A stretch of DNA of 63,475 nt, the filler included. It is 6 parts of 6 records of this genome, joined end to end, with 100 filler letters (N's around TTAATTAATTAA, not from the genome) between each part and the next. Parts side by side here need not be neighbours in the genome. Positions count along the whole stretch, not along the records: positions 12,368 to 27,748 come from SRR22947725_1717; positions 27,849 to 39,574 come from SRR22947725_1719; positions 39,675 to 44,855 come from SRR22947725_1728; 3 more parts are not named here. One strand, given 5' to 3'. Positions 26,844-42,202 of the stretch are shown piece by piece (within the stretch, counting starts at the first letter, position 1; each line of letters starts with the position of its first letter). The notes beneath the pieces were generated by a model that saw only the letters and a program-made list of their open reading frames with translations, made no database searches and was not told where the DNA came from. The position numbers and the translations under genes were made by a program.

Positions 26844-27560
26844 TTAGCTTAAGCTAGACCTTCCTCCATCTACTCCAATAATCTGGCCAGTTATCCAAGT
26901 TGAGTCTTCACTCAAAAGGAATTTAGCAATTGATGCGGAGTCTTTTCCTTCACCAAGTCTTTTGAGTGGGTGCGCCTTAGCAAGTGCCTCAGCAACCACT
27001 TTACTTTTAAGCATGGACTGAGAAATCTTGGAATCGGTAAGACTTGGAGCTATGCAGTTAACACGAATACTTGGCGCAAATTCGGCGGCAAGTGTGACAG
27101 TTAATCCTTCAAGAGCAGCTTTAGCAGATGCAATAATGGTGTGATTTGTAAATCCTTTCTGAGCAGTAACTGAGGAAAATAAAACAATTGATCCATTATT
27201 TGTTTTTAAATCATCTTGAAAGCCTTTGATTGCTTCAATAGCTGAGTAAAGGTTTAGTTTCATACACTGATGTAAGTCAGATTCGGTCACTCTCTTGATG
27301 GGCTTCAAGTCAATTGAACCGATACAGTAGGCAAGTCCATTAATATTAAATTCCGATGTATCAGAATTAATTTTATCTATAAAGCCATCCTCCAGAACGT
27401 CCGCCACCGTGAAAGTAAAACCTAAATTATCTGAAATAGATTTGAGCTCATCTTCATTTCTGGCAACAAGGTGTGCTTCCTGCCCAGACTCTTTAAGTTG
27501 ATGCGCAAGACTCGAGCCGATGGCACCAGTTGCCCCAAATATGAGATGTTTGTTAGACAT
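26844..27560 (-). CDS. Short-chain dehydrogenase/reductase
   Basis: GATGAIG, GSI.LKP, ASAKAALEGL, RVNCIAP, VDGG. Confidence 0.9.
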   Translation of the reverse strand: MSNKHLIFGATGAIGSSLAHQLKESGQEAHLVARNEDELKSISDNLGFTFTVADVLEDGFIDKINSDTSEFNINGLAYCIGSIDLKPIKRVTESDLHQCMKLNLYSAIEAIKGFQDDLKTNNGSIVLFSSVTAQKGFTNHTIIASAKAALEGLTVTLAAEFAPSIRVNCIAPSLTDSKISQSMLKSKVVAEALAKAHPLKRLGEGKDSASIAKFLLSEDSTWITGQIIGVDGGRSSLS

Positions 27561-27612
27561 AATTAGTTGATGTTTAAGTAAAGTTTCAATTTTAGCAATT
27601 TACCCATTCTAA

Positions 27613-27640
27613 AGATGTGATTTAGATGTGATTTAGATGT
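27613..27640. repeat. 11-bp tandem direct repeats upstream of SDR
   Basis: agatgtgattt x2 + agatgt. Confidence 0.7.
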
Positions 27641-27748
27641 ATATTTTGGTTATACTTTATCGCTTATTTATCAAATTTCTAATAAAAACTATGAAGAATC
27701 TACTCATTGCTTTCACACTTTTATGAAGTGCTTGCTGAGTCTGGCGTT

Positions 27749-27848
27749 NNNNNNNNNNNNNNNNNNNNNNNNNNNNNNNNNNNNNNNNNNNNTTAATTAA
27801 TTAANNNNNNNNNNNNNNNNNNNNNNNNNNNNNNNNNNNNNNNNNNNN
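27749..27848. other. Artificial contig spacer
   Basis: N-run/ttaattaattaa/N-run. Confidence 0.99.
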
Positions 27849-28227
27849 TATCATAAATTCCATGCCAATCAGCATCAGTAATGCATGCACCATGACCAAA
27901 CATGCATGAATCTCCAATTGAGATTTTGTCAGCAGCCATTATCCTAACTCCAGGAGAAATTAAGACATAGCTCCCAATATCAACTTCACCACTCCATTCT
28001 CCAGCATCCCAGCTTGTTATTTGAATGTAATCATCAGGAGCAGAAATAAATGTAGGAAAGTCACCAACAGAAATATTTGAACCAAATAACTTAATAAATT
28101 GAGGTTTAAAAAATACCGTTCCCTTTCCAAGATGCTTAAACTGCGGTCTCAGAAAGTGATTTACATAACGTAAAGTAAGCTTAGAGATAATTTTTTTTAA
28201 CCAATATGGTCGACTATCTTTTCTAAT
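27849..28227 (-). CDS. Hexapeptide-repeat (left-handed beta-helix) acyltransferase, 3'-truncated, probable ATT start (missing from ORF track)
   Basis: IRKDSRPYWLKK...VDIGSYVLISPGVRIMAADKISIGDSCMFGHGACITDADWH; GGAG 7 nt before ATT. Confidence 0.75.
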
Positions 28228-28257
28228 TTTATTTCTCCATTTTAGGATGATTCTTAT

Positions 28258-29661
28258 ATGATAAAGTACCGAGAAATTTCTGGGTTTATTTTTTTGAAAA
28301 AATTACTAAAAGAACTAAAGCAACTGCTAAAAATAGGTATACCAATCTATGGATCTCAAATTTCATATATGGGTATGGGAGTTACAGATACAATTGTTGC
28401 TGGTCGAGCAAGTGCACTTGATTTATCTGGACTTGCCATTGGTAATGCTTTGTCTATGCCATTTTATTTTCTCCTTGGAGGTTGTTTATTTGCAGTAACT
28501 CCAATAGTTGCCCAGCTATTCGGAGCAAAGAAGTATGAAGAAATTGGGCAAAAGGTTCGAGAAATATTATGGGTTAGCATAGCGTTAGGTTTAATTGGTT
28601 TTATTCTATATAGAAATCTAAGCTTTTTTATTCCTTACTTTGATATTGAAGAAAATATTGCTCAGATTTCGGATGGATATTTAAAAGCTATGTCATTTGG
28701 TTTTGTCGCCAACATGCTATTTACATGTCTTCGTTGCTATAGTGAAGGCATGGGTCTGACTCTTCCAGTTTTTTGGGTTGCATTTATTGGCATGTTATTA
28801 AATATTCCGCTTGATATCATTTTTGTCTATGGATATTTTGGAATACCTCCCATGGGTGGAGTTGGCTGTGGAATTGCAACTTCAATAAATATAATTATTG
28901 GTTTGTTTGTTTTGATACTAGTGATTTTTAAGAAGAAAGAATACAAACCAACAAAATTATTTTCAAAATTTTCTGGGCCCAATACTGATACCACAAAAGA
29001 AGCGCTGAAATTAGGTGTGCCGATTGGATTTGGCGTATTTGTAGAATTAAGTATGTTTTCAGGTGCAGCATTGATATTAGGATCACTTGGAGCAACTGTA
29101 ATTAGTGCCCATACAGTAGCAATAAACATAGCAAGTGTTTTATTTATATTGCCATTATCTTTTGGATTAGCTGCTGCAACAAGAATAGGTAATTTAGTGG
29201 GTGAAAAAGAACTGCGAAAAGCTAAATATGCCTCTCACATTGCTATATTGATTTGCTTGGTTGGCGCTATTTTAAATACAGCAATAATTCTATCTTTTAG
29301 AGAGGCTCTTGTTTCGCTTTATTCTGAAGATTTGGCCGTTATAGCAATAGCAATAAACCTATTACTTTTTGCAGCAATCTTTCAAATTCCTGATGGTATT
29401 CAAATGGGTGCCTTAGGAAGTTTGAGGGGCTATAAAGATACTTTTGCTCCAATGCTAATGTTAATTCTAACCTATTGGTTTATTGCATTGCCCGCAGGCT
29501 ATCACTTAACTTATTATGGTTTATTGGGTAATGCTTTGGGCCCTGCGGGGATTTGGATAGGAATGATTGCTGGGCTAACAGCATTCGCAAGTTTGATTAT
29601 TCCAAGGCTTAATTATATTGCTAATAAATATATAGCTAAATCTAGCTCAATACTTCCTTAG
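28258..29661 (+). CDS. MATE-family multidrug efflux transporter (NorM-like)
   Basis: [49 protein letters not shown]; start may be TTG near 28294. Confidence 0.93.
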   Translation: MIKYREISGFIFLKKLLKELKQLLKIGIPIYGSQISYMGMGVTDTIVAGRASALDLSGLAIGNALSMPFYFLLGGCLFAVTPIVAQLFGAKKYEEIGQKVREILWVSIALGLIGFILYRNLSFFIPYFDIEENIAQISDGYLKAMSFGFVANMLFTCLRCYSEGMGLTLPVFWVAFIGMLLNIPLDIIFVYGYFGIPPMGGVGCGIATSINIIIGLFVLILVIFKKKEYKPTKLFSKFSGPNTDTTKEALKLGVPIGFGVFVELSMFSGAALILGSLGATVISAHTVAINIASVLFILPLSFGLAAATRIGNLVGEKELRKAKYASHIAILICLVGAILNTAIILSFREALVSLYSEDLAVIAIAINLLLFAAIFQIPDGIQMGALGSLRGYKDTFAPMLMLILTYWFIALPAGYHLTYYGLLGNALGPAGIWIGMIAGLTAFASLIIPRLNYIANKYIAKSSSILP

Positions 29662-30507
29662 CTTTTGCTCCGATTTGGAGTAAATTTTCAGCTATATGAA
29701 CTCCGCATTCTTCAAGTTTTTTAATTTTATCAGCAGCAGTGCCTTTACCACCTGCAATAATTGCACCTGCATGCCCCATCCTTTTTCCTGCTGGTGCAGT
29801 TTGTCCAGCTATATACGAAATAACAGGCTTGGTAACATTTTCTTTAATAAAATCTGCTGCTTCTTCTTCAGCGGTTCCTCCAATCTCACCTACCATGACA
29901 ATTGCTTTGGTCTGCTCGTCTTCTTGCATCATTTTTAAAACATCAACAAAAGAGGTTCCTGGTATTGGGTCTCCTCCAATACCGACGCATGTGCTCTGAC
30001 CAAGACCTAGATCACTGGTTTGCTTCACAGCTTCATAGGTCAAGGTACCAGATCTGGAAATAATTCCGACTGAGCCTTTCATATGAATACTTCCTGGCAT
30101 TATTCCTAACTTTGCCTCACCTGGGGTGATTATCCCAGGGCAATTAGGACCTATTAAGGTGATCCCTAGTTCATCAATTATCTTTTTTACGATAAGCATA
30201 TCCAAGGTAGGCACCCCTTCAGTAATACAAATTATTAATTTAATTCCAGCATCAGCAGCTTCTAAAATTGAGTCTTTGCAAAATTGCGCTGGAACAAAAA
30301 TAATTGAAGCATTAGGCTTAACTGCTTCCATAGCTTCATGAACTGAATTAAAAACAGGAGTCCCTAGATGCACTTGCCCCCCTTTACCTGGAGTCACTCC
30401 CCCAACAATATTGGTTCCATATTCAATTGACTGTTCTGAATGTAAAGTAGCTTGAGAGCCTGTGAAACCTTGGACTAAAAGACGTGTATTTTTATCTACC
30501 AATATAC

Positions 30508-30511
<4 letters not shown>
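29642..30511 (-). CDS. sucD: Succinyl-CoA synthetase alpha subunit
   Basis: [37 protein letters not shown]. Confidence 0.98.
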
Positions 30512-33095
<2,584 letters not shown>

Positions 33096-34328
33096 TCATA
33101 AATTTAAAAGAAGTTTTTCGGGCGATTCTAATTGATCTTTTATAGTAATTAGAAATGTCACAGCCTCCTTTCCATCAAGTAGTCTGTGATCATAACTTAG
33201 AGCTAAATACATCATAGGTCGAATAACTACCTCGCCATCTATGGCTACAGGCCTATCCTGAATAGTATGCATCCCTAAAATAGCAGTCTGAGGAGCATTT
33301 AAAATAGGAGTAGATAACAAAGATCCAAAAACACCTCCATTTGAGATGGTAAAAGTGCCTCCTTGCATTTCTGCTATTGAAAGCTTCCCATTCTTAGCTT
33401 TTTCAGAATAATCTAAAATTGATTTTTCGACATCTGGTATGCGGAGGCTATCTGCGTCTCTTATCACCGGAACTACAAGACCTCTTTCTGTAGAGACAGC
33501 TACACCGACATCCTGATAGCCATGATAAACAATATCGCTTCCATCAATAGATGCATTGACGACTGGAAACTTCTTCAAAGCTTGAACTGCTGCTAGAACA
33601 AAGAAACCCATAAAGCCAAGCTTGACACCATGTTCAGCAAAGAAATCTTCGCCATATTTAGATCTAAGATCTTTAATGGGTTTTAGGTCAACCTCATTAA
33701 AAGTTGTCAGCATTGCTGTTTCTTGTTTAACGCTCAATAATCTATTGGCTATGGTTGAGCGTAACCTGGACATCGGAACCCTCTCCTCTGATCTGTCGGC
33801 TGAAAATACAGGGGTTGGGACAGGAGAAGGAGAATGAATCTCCTTCGCAATCATCCCTTCTGTTTTGCCCTCCAAGGATTCATCAAGATGATTTACAACA
33901 TCTGCTTTAGTAAGCCTTCCATCTTTTCCAGATCCATCAATGCTTGCCTCATCCAAATTATGCTCTTTTAATAATTTTTTTACTGCCGGTCCATTTACTT
34001 TGGTTTTAACCTCACTGGGTTGGACACTTTCCACTTTCTTTGTCTCGCTATCTACAAGAGTATCTTTTTCAGTTAATTTTTTATCGTGGTTCTCCTCTTT
34101 AAACTCTGCAATTAACTCAGCGCTTAAAACAATCTCACCAGCTGGCTTTAAAACCCTAGAAATAACTCCATCAAAAGGTGCAACTACCTCTAGAACCACT
34201 TTATCAGTTTCAATTTCAGCAATAACTTCATCTTGTTTAACAGGCTCGCCCTCTTTCTTAACCCAGTTTGCAATTGTTCCGTCTGCAACAGATTCTGGGA
34301 ATGTTGGGGATTTAATTTCAATTGACAT
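33096..34328 (-). CDS. sucB: 2-oxoglutarate dehydrogenase E2 (dihydrolipoyl succinyltransferase)
   Basis: Lipoyl [31 protein letters not shown]. Confidence 0.97.
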   Translation of the reverse strand: MSIEIKSPTFPESVADGTIANWVKKEGEPVKQDEVIAEIETDKVVLEVVAPFDGVISRVLKPAGEIVLSAELIAEFKEENHDKKLTEKDTLVDSETKKVESVQPSEVKTKVNGPAVKKLLKEHNLDEASIDGSGKDGRLTKADVVNHLDESLEGKTEGMIAKEIHSPSPVPTPVFSADRSEERVPMSRLRSTIANRLLSVKQETAMLTTFNEVDLKPIKDLRSKYGEDFFAEHGVKLGFMGFFVLAAVQALKKFPVVNASIDGSDIVYHGYQDVGVAVSTERGLVVPVIRDADSLRIPDVEKSILDYSEKAKNGKLSIAEMQGGTFTISNGGVFGSLLSTPILNAPQTAILGMHTIQDRPVAIDGEVVIRPMMYLALSYDHRLLDGKEAVTFLITIKDQLESPEKLLLNL

Positions 34329-34338
34329 AATTATTTCT

Positions 34339-37164
34339 CTAGAATGTTAGAGCTTCGATTACTAAAGCTTCTTGTTGTTGATTGTGTAGTTTGTTTAACC
34401 CAACTGCAGGCGCTGCTGATGCTTTCCTGCTAACTAGTTGTATTTCAGTGGCATTAATTCTATCTAAAACAATTTGTAATCTATGACGATGGCTGAACCA
34501 AGCTCCCTGGTTGCTGGGCTCCTCCTGACACCAAACAAATTGTCTTGCATTCTCATAAGGTCTTATAAGTTTCTCAAGAGCGTCATAGGGAAATGGATAC
34601 AATTGCTCAATTCTTAATAATGCTATGTTTTTAATTCCAAGCTCATTTCTTTTAGATTCCAAGTCGTAATAGACCTTTCCCGAACACATAATGATTTTCT
34701 CTACCAAAGCAGGATTTGAATTCAAATCATCAATTACATACTCAAAAGATCCCTCGGTTAGATCATTTATTGAAGACACAGCTTGAGGATTTCTTAATAA
34801 ACTTTTTGGAGAAATAACAATTAATGGCCTTCTCATTTTTCGAATTGTTTGCAATCTGAGCAAATGATAGATTTGTGCAGGTGAACTTGGTACGCATACC
34901 TGGATATTTTCATTTGCACACAATTGTAAAAATCTTTCCAGTCTGGCGCTGCTGTGCTCAGGGCCCTGACCTTCATAACCATGAGGTAGAAGCATAACCA
35001 AACCTGATAGCCTGTCCCATTTATGCTCAGCAGAGACAATAAATTGATCTATGACCACCTGAGCCCCATTAACAAAATCCCCAAACTGGGCCTCCCAAAT
35101 AACAAGCCCAGAAGGTCTGGTAGCTGAATAACCATACTCAAAACCAAGAACTGCTTCTTCAGATAATAGAGAATCGTAAATATCAATGGTGGTGTTAGCA
35201 CTATTTGCAATTTTGACCAATAGCATGGCGCCGTCACCATCCTTCTGATTTAACACAACTGCATGACGATGAGAAAATGTTCCTCTTCTTATATCTTGAC
35301 CTGAAAATCTTATAGGATAGCCTTGATCCAACAAAGTCGCGTATGCCATGTTTTCAGCAAACCCCCAATTTAAAGGGATTTTTTCATCTGCCATTTGAAG
35401 TCTATCTGTAAAAATTTTTTCTACTTGTCTTTGCAAAACAAAATCCTTTGGAGGGGTAAAAGCTATTTGAGCAAGCTCTTTGAATCTATCTTTATTAAAT
35501 GCAGATTCAATTTCAGCATCTCCTCTTTGATTAATATAAGGGGTCCAATCAAACCACATAGATTGATTAGGCTGTATTGCTAAATTATGAGCGACAGTGT
35601 CTCCATTTTCTAATGACGATCTGTATTTTTTTTCTATTCCATCACACTCAGATTGGCTCGTTACTCCCAATAAAATAAGTTGTTCTTGGTATGAGGTTTT
35701 AACGGATGGGTGATTAGCAATCTTTTGATACATCATGGGTTGAGTTGATGATGGCTCATCTGCCTCATTATGGCCTCTCCTTCTGTAACAAAAGAGATCT
35801 AGAATAATATCTTTTTTGAAGTTGTGCCTATATTCACAGGCTAATTTAGCTGCAAATACAACCATTTCTGGATCATCTCCATTTACATGTAGAATGGGAG
35901 CTTCAATCATTTTTGCTACATCAGTAGCATACTGAGTTGATCTAGAGTCCTCTTCATTGGATGTGGTAAATCCTATCTGGTTATTTACTATTACGTGTAT
36001 TGTTCCTCCGACACCGTAACCTCTAGTCTGGGACATCTGAAGAGTCTCCATGACAACTCCTTGACCCGAAAAAGAAGCATCACCATGAATTAAAATTGGA
36101 ACAACTCGCTCTTTATTCACATCCTTTAGTCTATCCTGCCTTCCTCGAACTGATCCTAAAACTACAGGATCAACAATCTCAAGATGCGAAGGATTGTTTG
36201 CTAGGGAGACATGCACCTCACCATTGGGAGTTAATATATTTGAAGAAAAACCTAGGTGATATTTTACATCGCCCGAACTTGCTCCCTCTAACTCAAAACT
36301 TTCTTCAAATTCTGTAAATAGCTCTTTTGGAGATTTTCCCAATACATTTACCAGTAAGTTCAACCTGCCCCTATGCGCCATACCAAAACAAATTTGTTCT
36401 GCTCCAAATATTCCACAGTTTTGTATCAAACTATCAACCATAGGAATAAGAGATTCAGCCCCATCAATGCCAAACCTTTTCATACCCGGATATCTAGAGG
36501 ACAAGAATTTTGCAAGACCTTCAGCTGAACTCAAGCGTTTTAAAATATATTTTTGCTCATCTTGATTAAAGTTTAATTTGCCTAAATTTGGCTCTAGTCT
36601 TTTTTGAAACCAAGTTCTCTCAGCCAGCGATGAAATATAGTTATACTCAATTCCTAAAGTACCGCAATATATTGCTTCTAAAGCCTCAATAATTTCTAAT
36701 AAAGTTGCTGATTCCTTACCTATCATCAAGGTGTCTGTTTCAAAGATATCTGAAAGATTTGATTCATCCAAATCATGGAAATTAAGATCAAGATCTTCGC
36801 AGTGACGAACTGGTTTTAAACCTAATGGATCTAATTGAGCCTTTTGATGTCCTCTATTACGATAAGCCTGTATTAGCTGAATGACTCTAACTTGCTTTGA
36901 ATGAGCGGTGTTATAATTAGAGCGTGTTTGAATTGAGGGATTGACCTCCGCCTCTTTAAACCTGTTAATGATTTCTTGATGGGATGTCTCTTTTTCAACC
37001 CCATTAATCTTTGGCAACGAGTCAAAGTATATTTTCCAATCATCAGAAACTGAGAACGGATCATCTAAATATGATTCATACAAAGATTCTAAGTATGAGC
37101 TCTGAGCGCCTGCTACATGCGAGGTCGACCAGAATGTCTCCATGTTATTCATTTTATAGATCAA
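34339..37164 (-). CDS. sucA: 2-oxoglutarate dehydrogenase E1
   Basis: [43 protein letters not shown]; true start may be a few codons downstream. Confidence 0.98.
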   Translation of the reverse strand: MIYKMNNMETFWSTSHVAGAQSSYLESLYESYLDDPFSVSDDWKIYFDSLPKINGVEKETSHQEIINRFKEAEVNPSIQTRSNYNTAHSKQVRVIQLIQAYRNRGHQKAQLDPLGLKPVRHCEDLDLNFHDLDESNLSDIFETDTLMIGKESATLLEIIEALEAIYCGTLGIEYNYISSLAERTWFQKRLEPNLGKLNFNQDEQKYILKRLSSAEGLAKFLSSRYPGMKRFGIDGAESLIPMVDSLIQNCGIFGAEQICFGMAHRGRLNLLVNVLGKSPKELFTEFEESFELEGASSGDVKYHLGFSSNILTPNGEVHVSLANNPSHLEIVDPVVLGSVRGRQDRLKDVNKERVVPILIHGDASFSGQGVVMETLQMSQTRGYGVGGTIHVIVNNQIGFTTSNEEDSRSTQYATDVAKMIEAPILHVNGDDPEMVVFAAKLACEYRHNFKKDIILDLFCYRRRGHNEADEPSSTQPMMYQKIANHPSVKTSYQEQLILLGVTSQSECDGIEKKYRSSLENGDTVAHNLAIQPNQSMWFDWTPYINQRGDAEIESAFNKDRFKELAQIAFTPPKDFVLQRQVEKIFTDRLQMADEKIPLNWGFAENMAYATLLDQGYPIRFSGQDIRRGTFSHRHAVVLNQKDGDGAMLLVKIANSANTTIDIYDSLLSEEAVLGFEYGYSATRPSGLVIWEAQFGDFVNGAQVVIDQFIVSAEHKWDRLSGLVMLLPHGYEGQGPEHSSARLERFLQLCANENIQVCVPSSPAQIYHLLRLQTIRKMRRPLIVISPKSLLRNPQAVSSINDLTEGSFEYVIDDLNSNPALVEKIIMCSGKVYYDLESKRNELGIKNIALLRIEQLYPFPYDALEKLIRPYENARQFVWCQEEPSNQGAWFSHRHRLQIVLDRINATEIQLVSRKASAAPAVGLNKLHNQQQEALVIEALTF

Positions 37165-37898
37165 CTCACCCCATCAGACACGATAATGTTTTCTTTTTTC
37201 TTATCAGACAACAGCATTGATTTAATTTCACCAATTGCATGATTTGGATTTAAATCTTTCGGGCAAACATTCACACAATTCATAATTCCATGACATCTGT
37301 AAACACTGAATGGATCAGATAATCCTTCTAACCTCTCTGCAGTTTTGGTATCTCTTGAATCAGCAATAAATCTATAAGCCTGCAACAAAGCAGCTGGTCC
37401 AACAAATTTATCTGGATTCCACCAAAAAGATGGGCAGCTTGTTGAACAACATGCACATAAAATGCACTCATATAGACCATCAAGCTTATCTCTCTCAGCG
37501 GGAGACTGTAATCGTTCTTGAGCTGGGGGCTCAGTTTCATTTTGAAGAAAAGGTTTGATCTTGTCGTATTGTGCGTAGAACTCCGTCATATCAACAACCA
37601 AGTCACGAATTACTGGTAACCCTGGCAATGGTCTAAGTTCTATTTTGTTATTTTTGATTGCTTGAGAGATTGGAGTGATACATGCAAGCCCATTCTTTCC
37701 ATTGATATTCATTCCATCTGATCCGCATACCCCTTCTCTGCATGATCTTCTATATGATATTGAAGAATCTTGCTCTTTAAGAATATTTAATAATTCTAGC
37801 AGCATAATATCCTTCTCAGGTTTTTTAAGGGTGTACGTTTGTGTATAAGGAAACTTATCTGTTTCTGGATTGTATCTATAAATATTTACATCAATCAT
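37161..37898 (-). CDS. sdhB: Succinate dehydrogenase iron-sulfur subunit
   Basis: SCREGVCGSDG, CILCACCSTSCP, CHGIMNCVNVCP. Confidence 0.98.
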   Translation of the reverse strand: MIDVNIYRYNPETDKFPYTQTYTLKKPEKDIMLLELLNILKEQDSSISYRRSCREGVCGSDGMNINGKNGLACITPISQAIKNNKIELRPLPGLPVIRDLVVDMTEFYAQYDKIKPFLQNETEPPAQERLQSPAERDKLDGLYECILCACCSTSCPSFWWNPDKFVGPAALLQAYRFIADSRDTKTAERLEGLSDPFSVYRCHGIMNCVNVCPKDLNPNHAIGEIKSMLLSDKKKENIIVSDGVS

Positions 37899-37917
37899 TT
37901 TTTAATCTCAAATAAAA

Positions 37918-39574
37918 TTAATATGTTCTTACCTTTGGCTCAAAAGTATCCACTTGAATTGGTGTGAAATTAACATCTCTTTTGCTCAAAGTTTTTTTGA
38001 TAGGATCATACAAAGAATGACACAACCAATTTTCATCATCACGCTCTTTAAAATCATCTCGAGCATGGGCTCCTCTGCTTTCTGTTCTTTGAAGTGAAGC
38101 AATTGCAGTTGCCTCAGCAACTTCAAATAAATTCTGAAGTTCTAATGCTTCAACTCTACTGGTATTGAAAGCCATGCTCTTATCTTTTAGGTGAAGGTTA
38201 GAAACCTTTTCACGTATTTCTTCCAAAGCAGAAACACCTTTCTCCATATAATCGCCTCTTCGGAAGACACCAAAATAATTCTGCATAACTGATTGAAGTT
38301 CTCTCTTGACCTCAGCTACTTCAAAACCATCACTGGATGAATTAATCTTATTAAGACCATGAAGCGCTTTATTAATGTCATCGCTATCAGCATCTGCAAC
38401 CCCGCCACCTGTCTTTAATGCTTCTTGAATATGAATTCCAGCTGCCCTTCCAAATACTACTAAATCAAGAAGAGAATTACCTCCTAGTCTATTGGCTCCA
38501 TGAACTGAAACACATGCTGCTTCACCAACTGAGAATAAACCAGCAATAATCTTATCTTCGCCATTGGATTGAGTGAAAGCTTGGCCATGAATATTGGTTG
38601 GTGTTCCTCCCATCATATAATGACATGTCGGAACAACTGGGATCGGGTTAAATATTGGGTCAACTCCAGCAAATGTTCTTGAAAGCTCACATATTCCAGG
38701 AAGCTTTGCGTTTAGTACATCTGCACCTAAATGATCTAGTTTAAGGAAAACATGATCTTTATTTTCGCCACATCCTCGCCCCTCTAAAATTTCTAATACC
38801 ATTGATCTTGCAACAACATCTCTTCCAGCTAAATCTTTAGCATTAGGCGCATACCTTTCCATGAATCTCTCGCCTTCAGCGTTTATTAGGTAGCCTCCCT
38901 CTCCTCGACAACCTTCTGTAACGAGAGAGCCTGCTCCATAAATTCCGGTAGGATGAAACTGCCACATTTCCATATCCTGCGCTGGGAATCCTGCTCTTAA
39001 AGCCATGCCCAGACCATCTCCAGTATTTATAAGAGCATTTGTAGTGGAAGAATATATTCTTCCAGCGCCACCAGTAGCCATTACTGTTGCTTGAGATTTT
39101 AAATATGCTACTTCTCCGGACTCAATGGAAAATGCAATAACACCAGTCACTTCCTTAGATTGATTAAGAACCAAATCTACTGCAAACCATTCATTGAGAA
39201 AGTTTGAGCCTTCCTTGATATTATTTTGATAAAGAGTGTGAAGCAAAGCATGTCCTGTCCTGTCAGCTGCAGCACAGGTTCTTGCCGCTTGACCACCTTT
39301 ACCAAAATCTTTTGATTGCCCACCAAAAGGTCTCTGATATATTCGTCCATTCTCAAACCTAGAAAAAGGCAAGCCCATATGCTCTAGCTCAAATACCGCC
39401 TTGGGTCCCTCTGAACACATATATTCAATTGCATCTTGATCTCCTATGTAATCTGATCCCTTTACAGTGTCATACATATGCCAACGCCAATCGTCATTTG
39501 GGTCTTCACTTGCAATTGCGCACGTAATGCCTCCTTGGGCTGAAACAGTGTGCGATCTTGTTGGAAAAACTTTT
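37918..39574 (-). CDS. sdhA: Succinate dehydrogenase flavoprotein subunit (5'-truncated)
   Basis: [10 protein letters not shown] at contig edge; [23 protein letters not shown]. Confidence 0.98.
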
Positions 39575-39674
39575 NNNNNNNNNNNNNNNNNNNNNNNNNN
39601 NNNNNNNNNNNNNNNNNNTTAATTAATTAANNNNNNNNNNNNNNNNNNNNNNNNNNNNNNNNNNNNNNNNNNNN
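39575..39674. other. Artificial contig spacer
   Basis: N-run/ttaattaattaa/N-run. Confidence 0.99.
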
Positions 39675-40191
39675 GCAATTTTTTCATGATCACGTCTTGG
39701 TTAAAGAGCCTGGTACCTCAAAAGCAACTCCATGGCATCAAGATGGACCATATTACTTTATAGATGGTATTCAAAATGTTAGTCTTTGGTCACCACTTGA
39801 TATTGTCAAAGATGCAAGTTTGAGATGCGTCTCGGGGAGTCATTTGTGGGATAAGCCTGTTTTACCTACCAGATGGCTTTCGGAGACAAATTTCTACCCT
39901 GATGATGATAAATATATGAAAGTACCTGATCCCGATGTGGAAGGTATGGATATTAAGGAATGGGAAATGGAGCCCGGTGATGCGGTCGCATTTAATTATG
40001 GAATATTACATGGAGCGCGAGGTAATAAAACTAATTTGCGACGACGAGCATTTTCTTTGCGATTTCTAGGTGACGATGCCAGATATATTGATCGCCCAGG
40101 TCCAACATCTCCACCATTTCCAAATCATGGAATGAAAGCAGGTGATGAAATAAGAACTGATTGGTTTCCGGTAATATATGAGAAAAATTAA
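39675..40191 (+). CDS. Phytanoyl-CoA dioxygenase (PhyH) family 2OG-Fe(II) oxygenase, 5'-truncated
   Basis: TPWHQD (HxD), GSHLW, PGDAVAF..LHGA, RRAFS. Confidence 0.88.
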
Positions 40192-40244
40192 TGATTAGCG
40201 ATCAGTAAGTACATTAGCTTTATCGTATAACTATATAATAATTA

Positions 40245-40562
40245 TTAATTTTTACGTTCAGACTTTTCAATTAACCCAGACTTTCCTTCGCGACGTTCAA
40301 GTTCTTTTAGTACAGATCTGAAATCAACATCACATGATGAAAGCATGACAAGCATGTGAAAAAGAACATCAGCAGTCTCTTCAGTTAAATTTTTCTTATC
40401 GCGTTTAGCTGCAGCTATAATAGCTTCAACCGCTTCTTCACCAAATTTTTCAGCACATTTTTCAGAACCACTTTGAATTAATTCAGACACATATGATTTT
40501 TCATCACCACCGTTTTTGCGATTTTCTATTGTTTGCGCTAATCGTATTAATATATCTGTCAT
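40245..40562 (-). CDS. hisE: Phosphoribosyl-ATP pyrophosphatase
   Basis: SYV..L, KFGEEAVE, ETADVLFH, ELERREGKSG. Confidence 0.95.
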   Translation of the reverse strand: MTDILIRLAQTIENRKNGGDEKSYVSELIQSGSEKCAEKFGEEAVEAIIAAAKRDKKNLTEETADVLFHMLVMLSSCDVDFRSVLKELERREGKSGLIEKSERKN

Positions 40563-40563
40563 T

Positions 40564-41322
40564 TTAAATTCTCATTGCTACGCCAGCATTTTGCATGTGC
40601 GCTTTTGCTTGTTTAATTGTATAATCGCCAAAATGAAAAATAGAAGCAGCCAAAACCGCAGATGCTCCACCTTTTTTAACACCTTCTACAAGATGGTCCA
40701 AATTTCCAACCCCTCCAGATGCTATAACTGGTATGTTTACTGCACTACTTATAGCACGTGTTAGCGCTAAATTATAACCATCTCTTGTACCATCACGATC
40801 CATTGATGTTAATAAAATCTCGCCAGCGCCTTTACTTTCAACAAGTTTTGCGAATTCTACAGCATCAATACCTGTATTTTTACGCCCACCGTGAGTAAAT
40901 ATTTCCCATTTTCCTGGGCTTACAGTTTTTGCATCTATTGCTACAACAATACATTGTGATCCAAATTTGTTTGCGCTTTCTGATACAACATCTGGGTTTG
41001 CAACAGCGGCTGAATTAAAGCTAACTTTATCCGCTCCAGCAAGTAAGAGTTTTCTGACATCTTCTGGAACCCTCACTCCGCCACCTATCGTAAGTGGCAT
41101 GAAGCATTGTTCTGCAGTACGTTTTGCAACGTCAAACATCGTACTGCGGTTTTCAATAGTTGCAGCAATATCTAAAAAACATAATTCATCAGCTCCTGCG
41201 ATATCATAGGCTTTTGCGCTTTCAACTGGGTCACCAGCATCTATTAGATCTACAAAATTTACACCTTTTACAACGCGTCCGTCTTTAACATCTAAGCATG
41301 GTATTATTCGAGTTTTTAACAT
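40564..41322 (-). CDS. hisF: Imidazole glycerol phosphate synthase cyclase subunit
   Basis: [34 protein letters not shown]. Confidence 0.98.
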   Translation of the reverse strand: MLKTRIIPCLDVKDGRVVKGVNFVDLIDAGDPVESAKAYDIAGADELCFLDIAATIENRSTMFDVAKRTAEQCFMPLTIGGGVRVPEDVRKLLLAGADKVSFNSAAVANPDVVSESANKFGSQCIVVAIDAKTVSPGKWEIFTHGGRKNTGIDAVEFAKLVESKGAGEILLTSMDRDGTRDGYNLALTRAISSAVNIPVIASGGVGNLDHLVEGVKKGGASAVLAASIFHFGDYTIKQAKAHMQNAGVAMRI

Positions 41323-41392
41323 GATATTTTGTAAACTTTCTTAATACTAAAGACATAGAGATAATTTAAATCAAAAATTATATTTAATATAG

Positions 41393-42121
41393 TCAGGATT
41401 TTAAAAATGCGGCTGCTTCAGGAACATTTATGACACCATCATAGAGTGCACGCCCCGAAATAGCGCCATCTAACTTAGCACCACATGATTTTAATGCTTT
41501 TAGATCATCCATTGAGGATACGCCTCCTGATGCAATTATTGGAATATGGACAGCGTTTGCTAATGCTGCAGTTGCTTCTATGTTGGGGCCTTGCATAGCT
41601 CCATCACGATTTATATCTGTATAAATTATTGCTGATATTCCAACATCTTCAAACTTTTTTGCTAATTCTATAATATTTATATCCGTTTCTTCTGCCCAGC
41701 CTCGCGTTGCTATCATTCCATTGCGAGCATCCAACCCGACTGCAACTTTTCCAGGAAACTCAGATGCTGCTTGTTTTACCAAGCTTGGATCTTCTACGGC
41801 GACTGTCCCGAGTATCACTCGTGATAATCCTTTGCTTAGCCAGCTTTCTATAGTTTGAAGACTTCTAATTCCCCCACCTAATTGTACGGGAACATCCACA
41901 GATTTTAAGATTTCTTCAACTGGAGATGAATTTATTGGACTACCTGCAAAGGCTCCATTTAAATCTACTAAATGCAACCACTCACATCCATCATTTGCAA
42001 ATTTAATTGCTTGATCGGAAGGACTGTCATTAAAAACAGTTTCTTGTTCCATTCTTCCTTTATAAAGCCGAACGCATTTTCCATCTTTTAAATCAATTGC
42101 AGGGTAGAGTATCATAATCAA
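41393..42121 (-). CDS. hisA: ProFAR isomerase
   Basis: [35 protein letters not shown]. Confidence 0.97.
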   Translation of the reverse strand: MIMILYPAIDLKDGKCVRLYKGRMEQETVFNDSPSDQAIKFANDGCEWLHLVDLNGAFAGSPINSSPVEEILKSVDVPVQLGGGIRSLQTIESWLSKGLSRVILGTVAVEDPSLVKQAASEFPGKVAVGLDARNGMIATRGWAEETDINIIELAKKFEDVGISAIIYTDINRDGAMQGPNIEATAALANAVHIPIIASGGVSSMDDLKALKSCGAKLDGAISGRALYDGVINVPEAAAFLKS

Positions 42122-42202
42122 TTTCCATATCAGAATTATATTTAGGGCTTACTCTTATGGAGCAAAAATTGCAAAGCCATGCGAAAAGTAAAAAATTATA
42201 TT

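Noticed and set aside
12368-27748. Run of small genes as an integron cassette array or prophage
   Set aside because: Mixed orientations, no attC-like repeats seen, and no integrase or phage structural genes.
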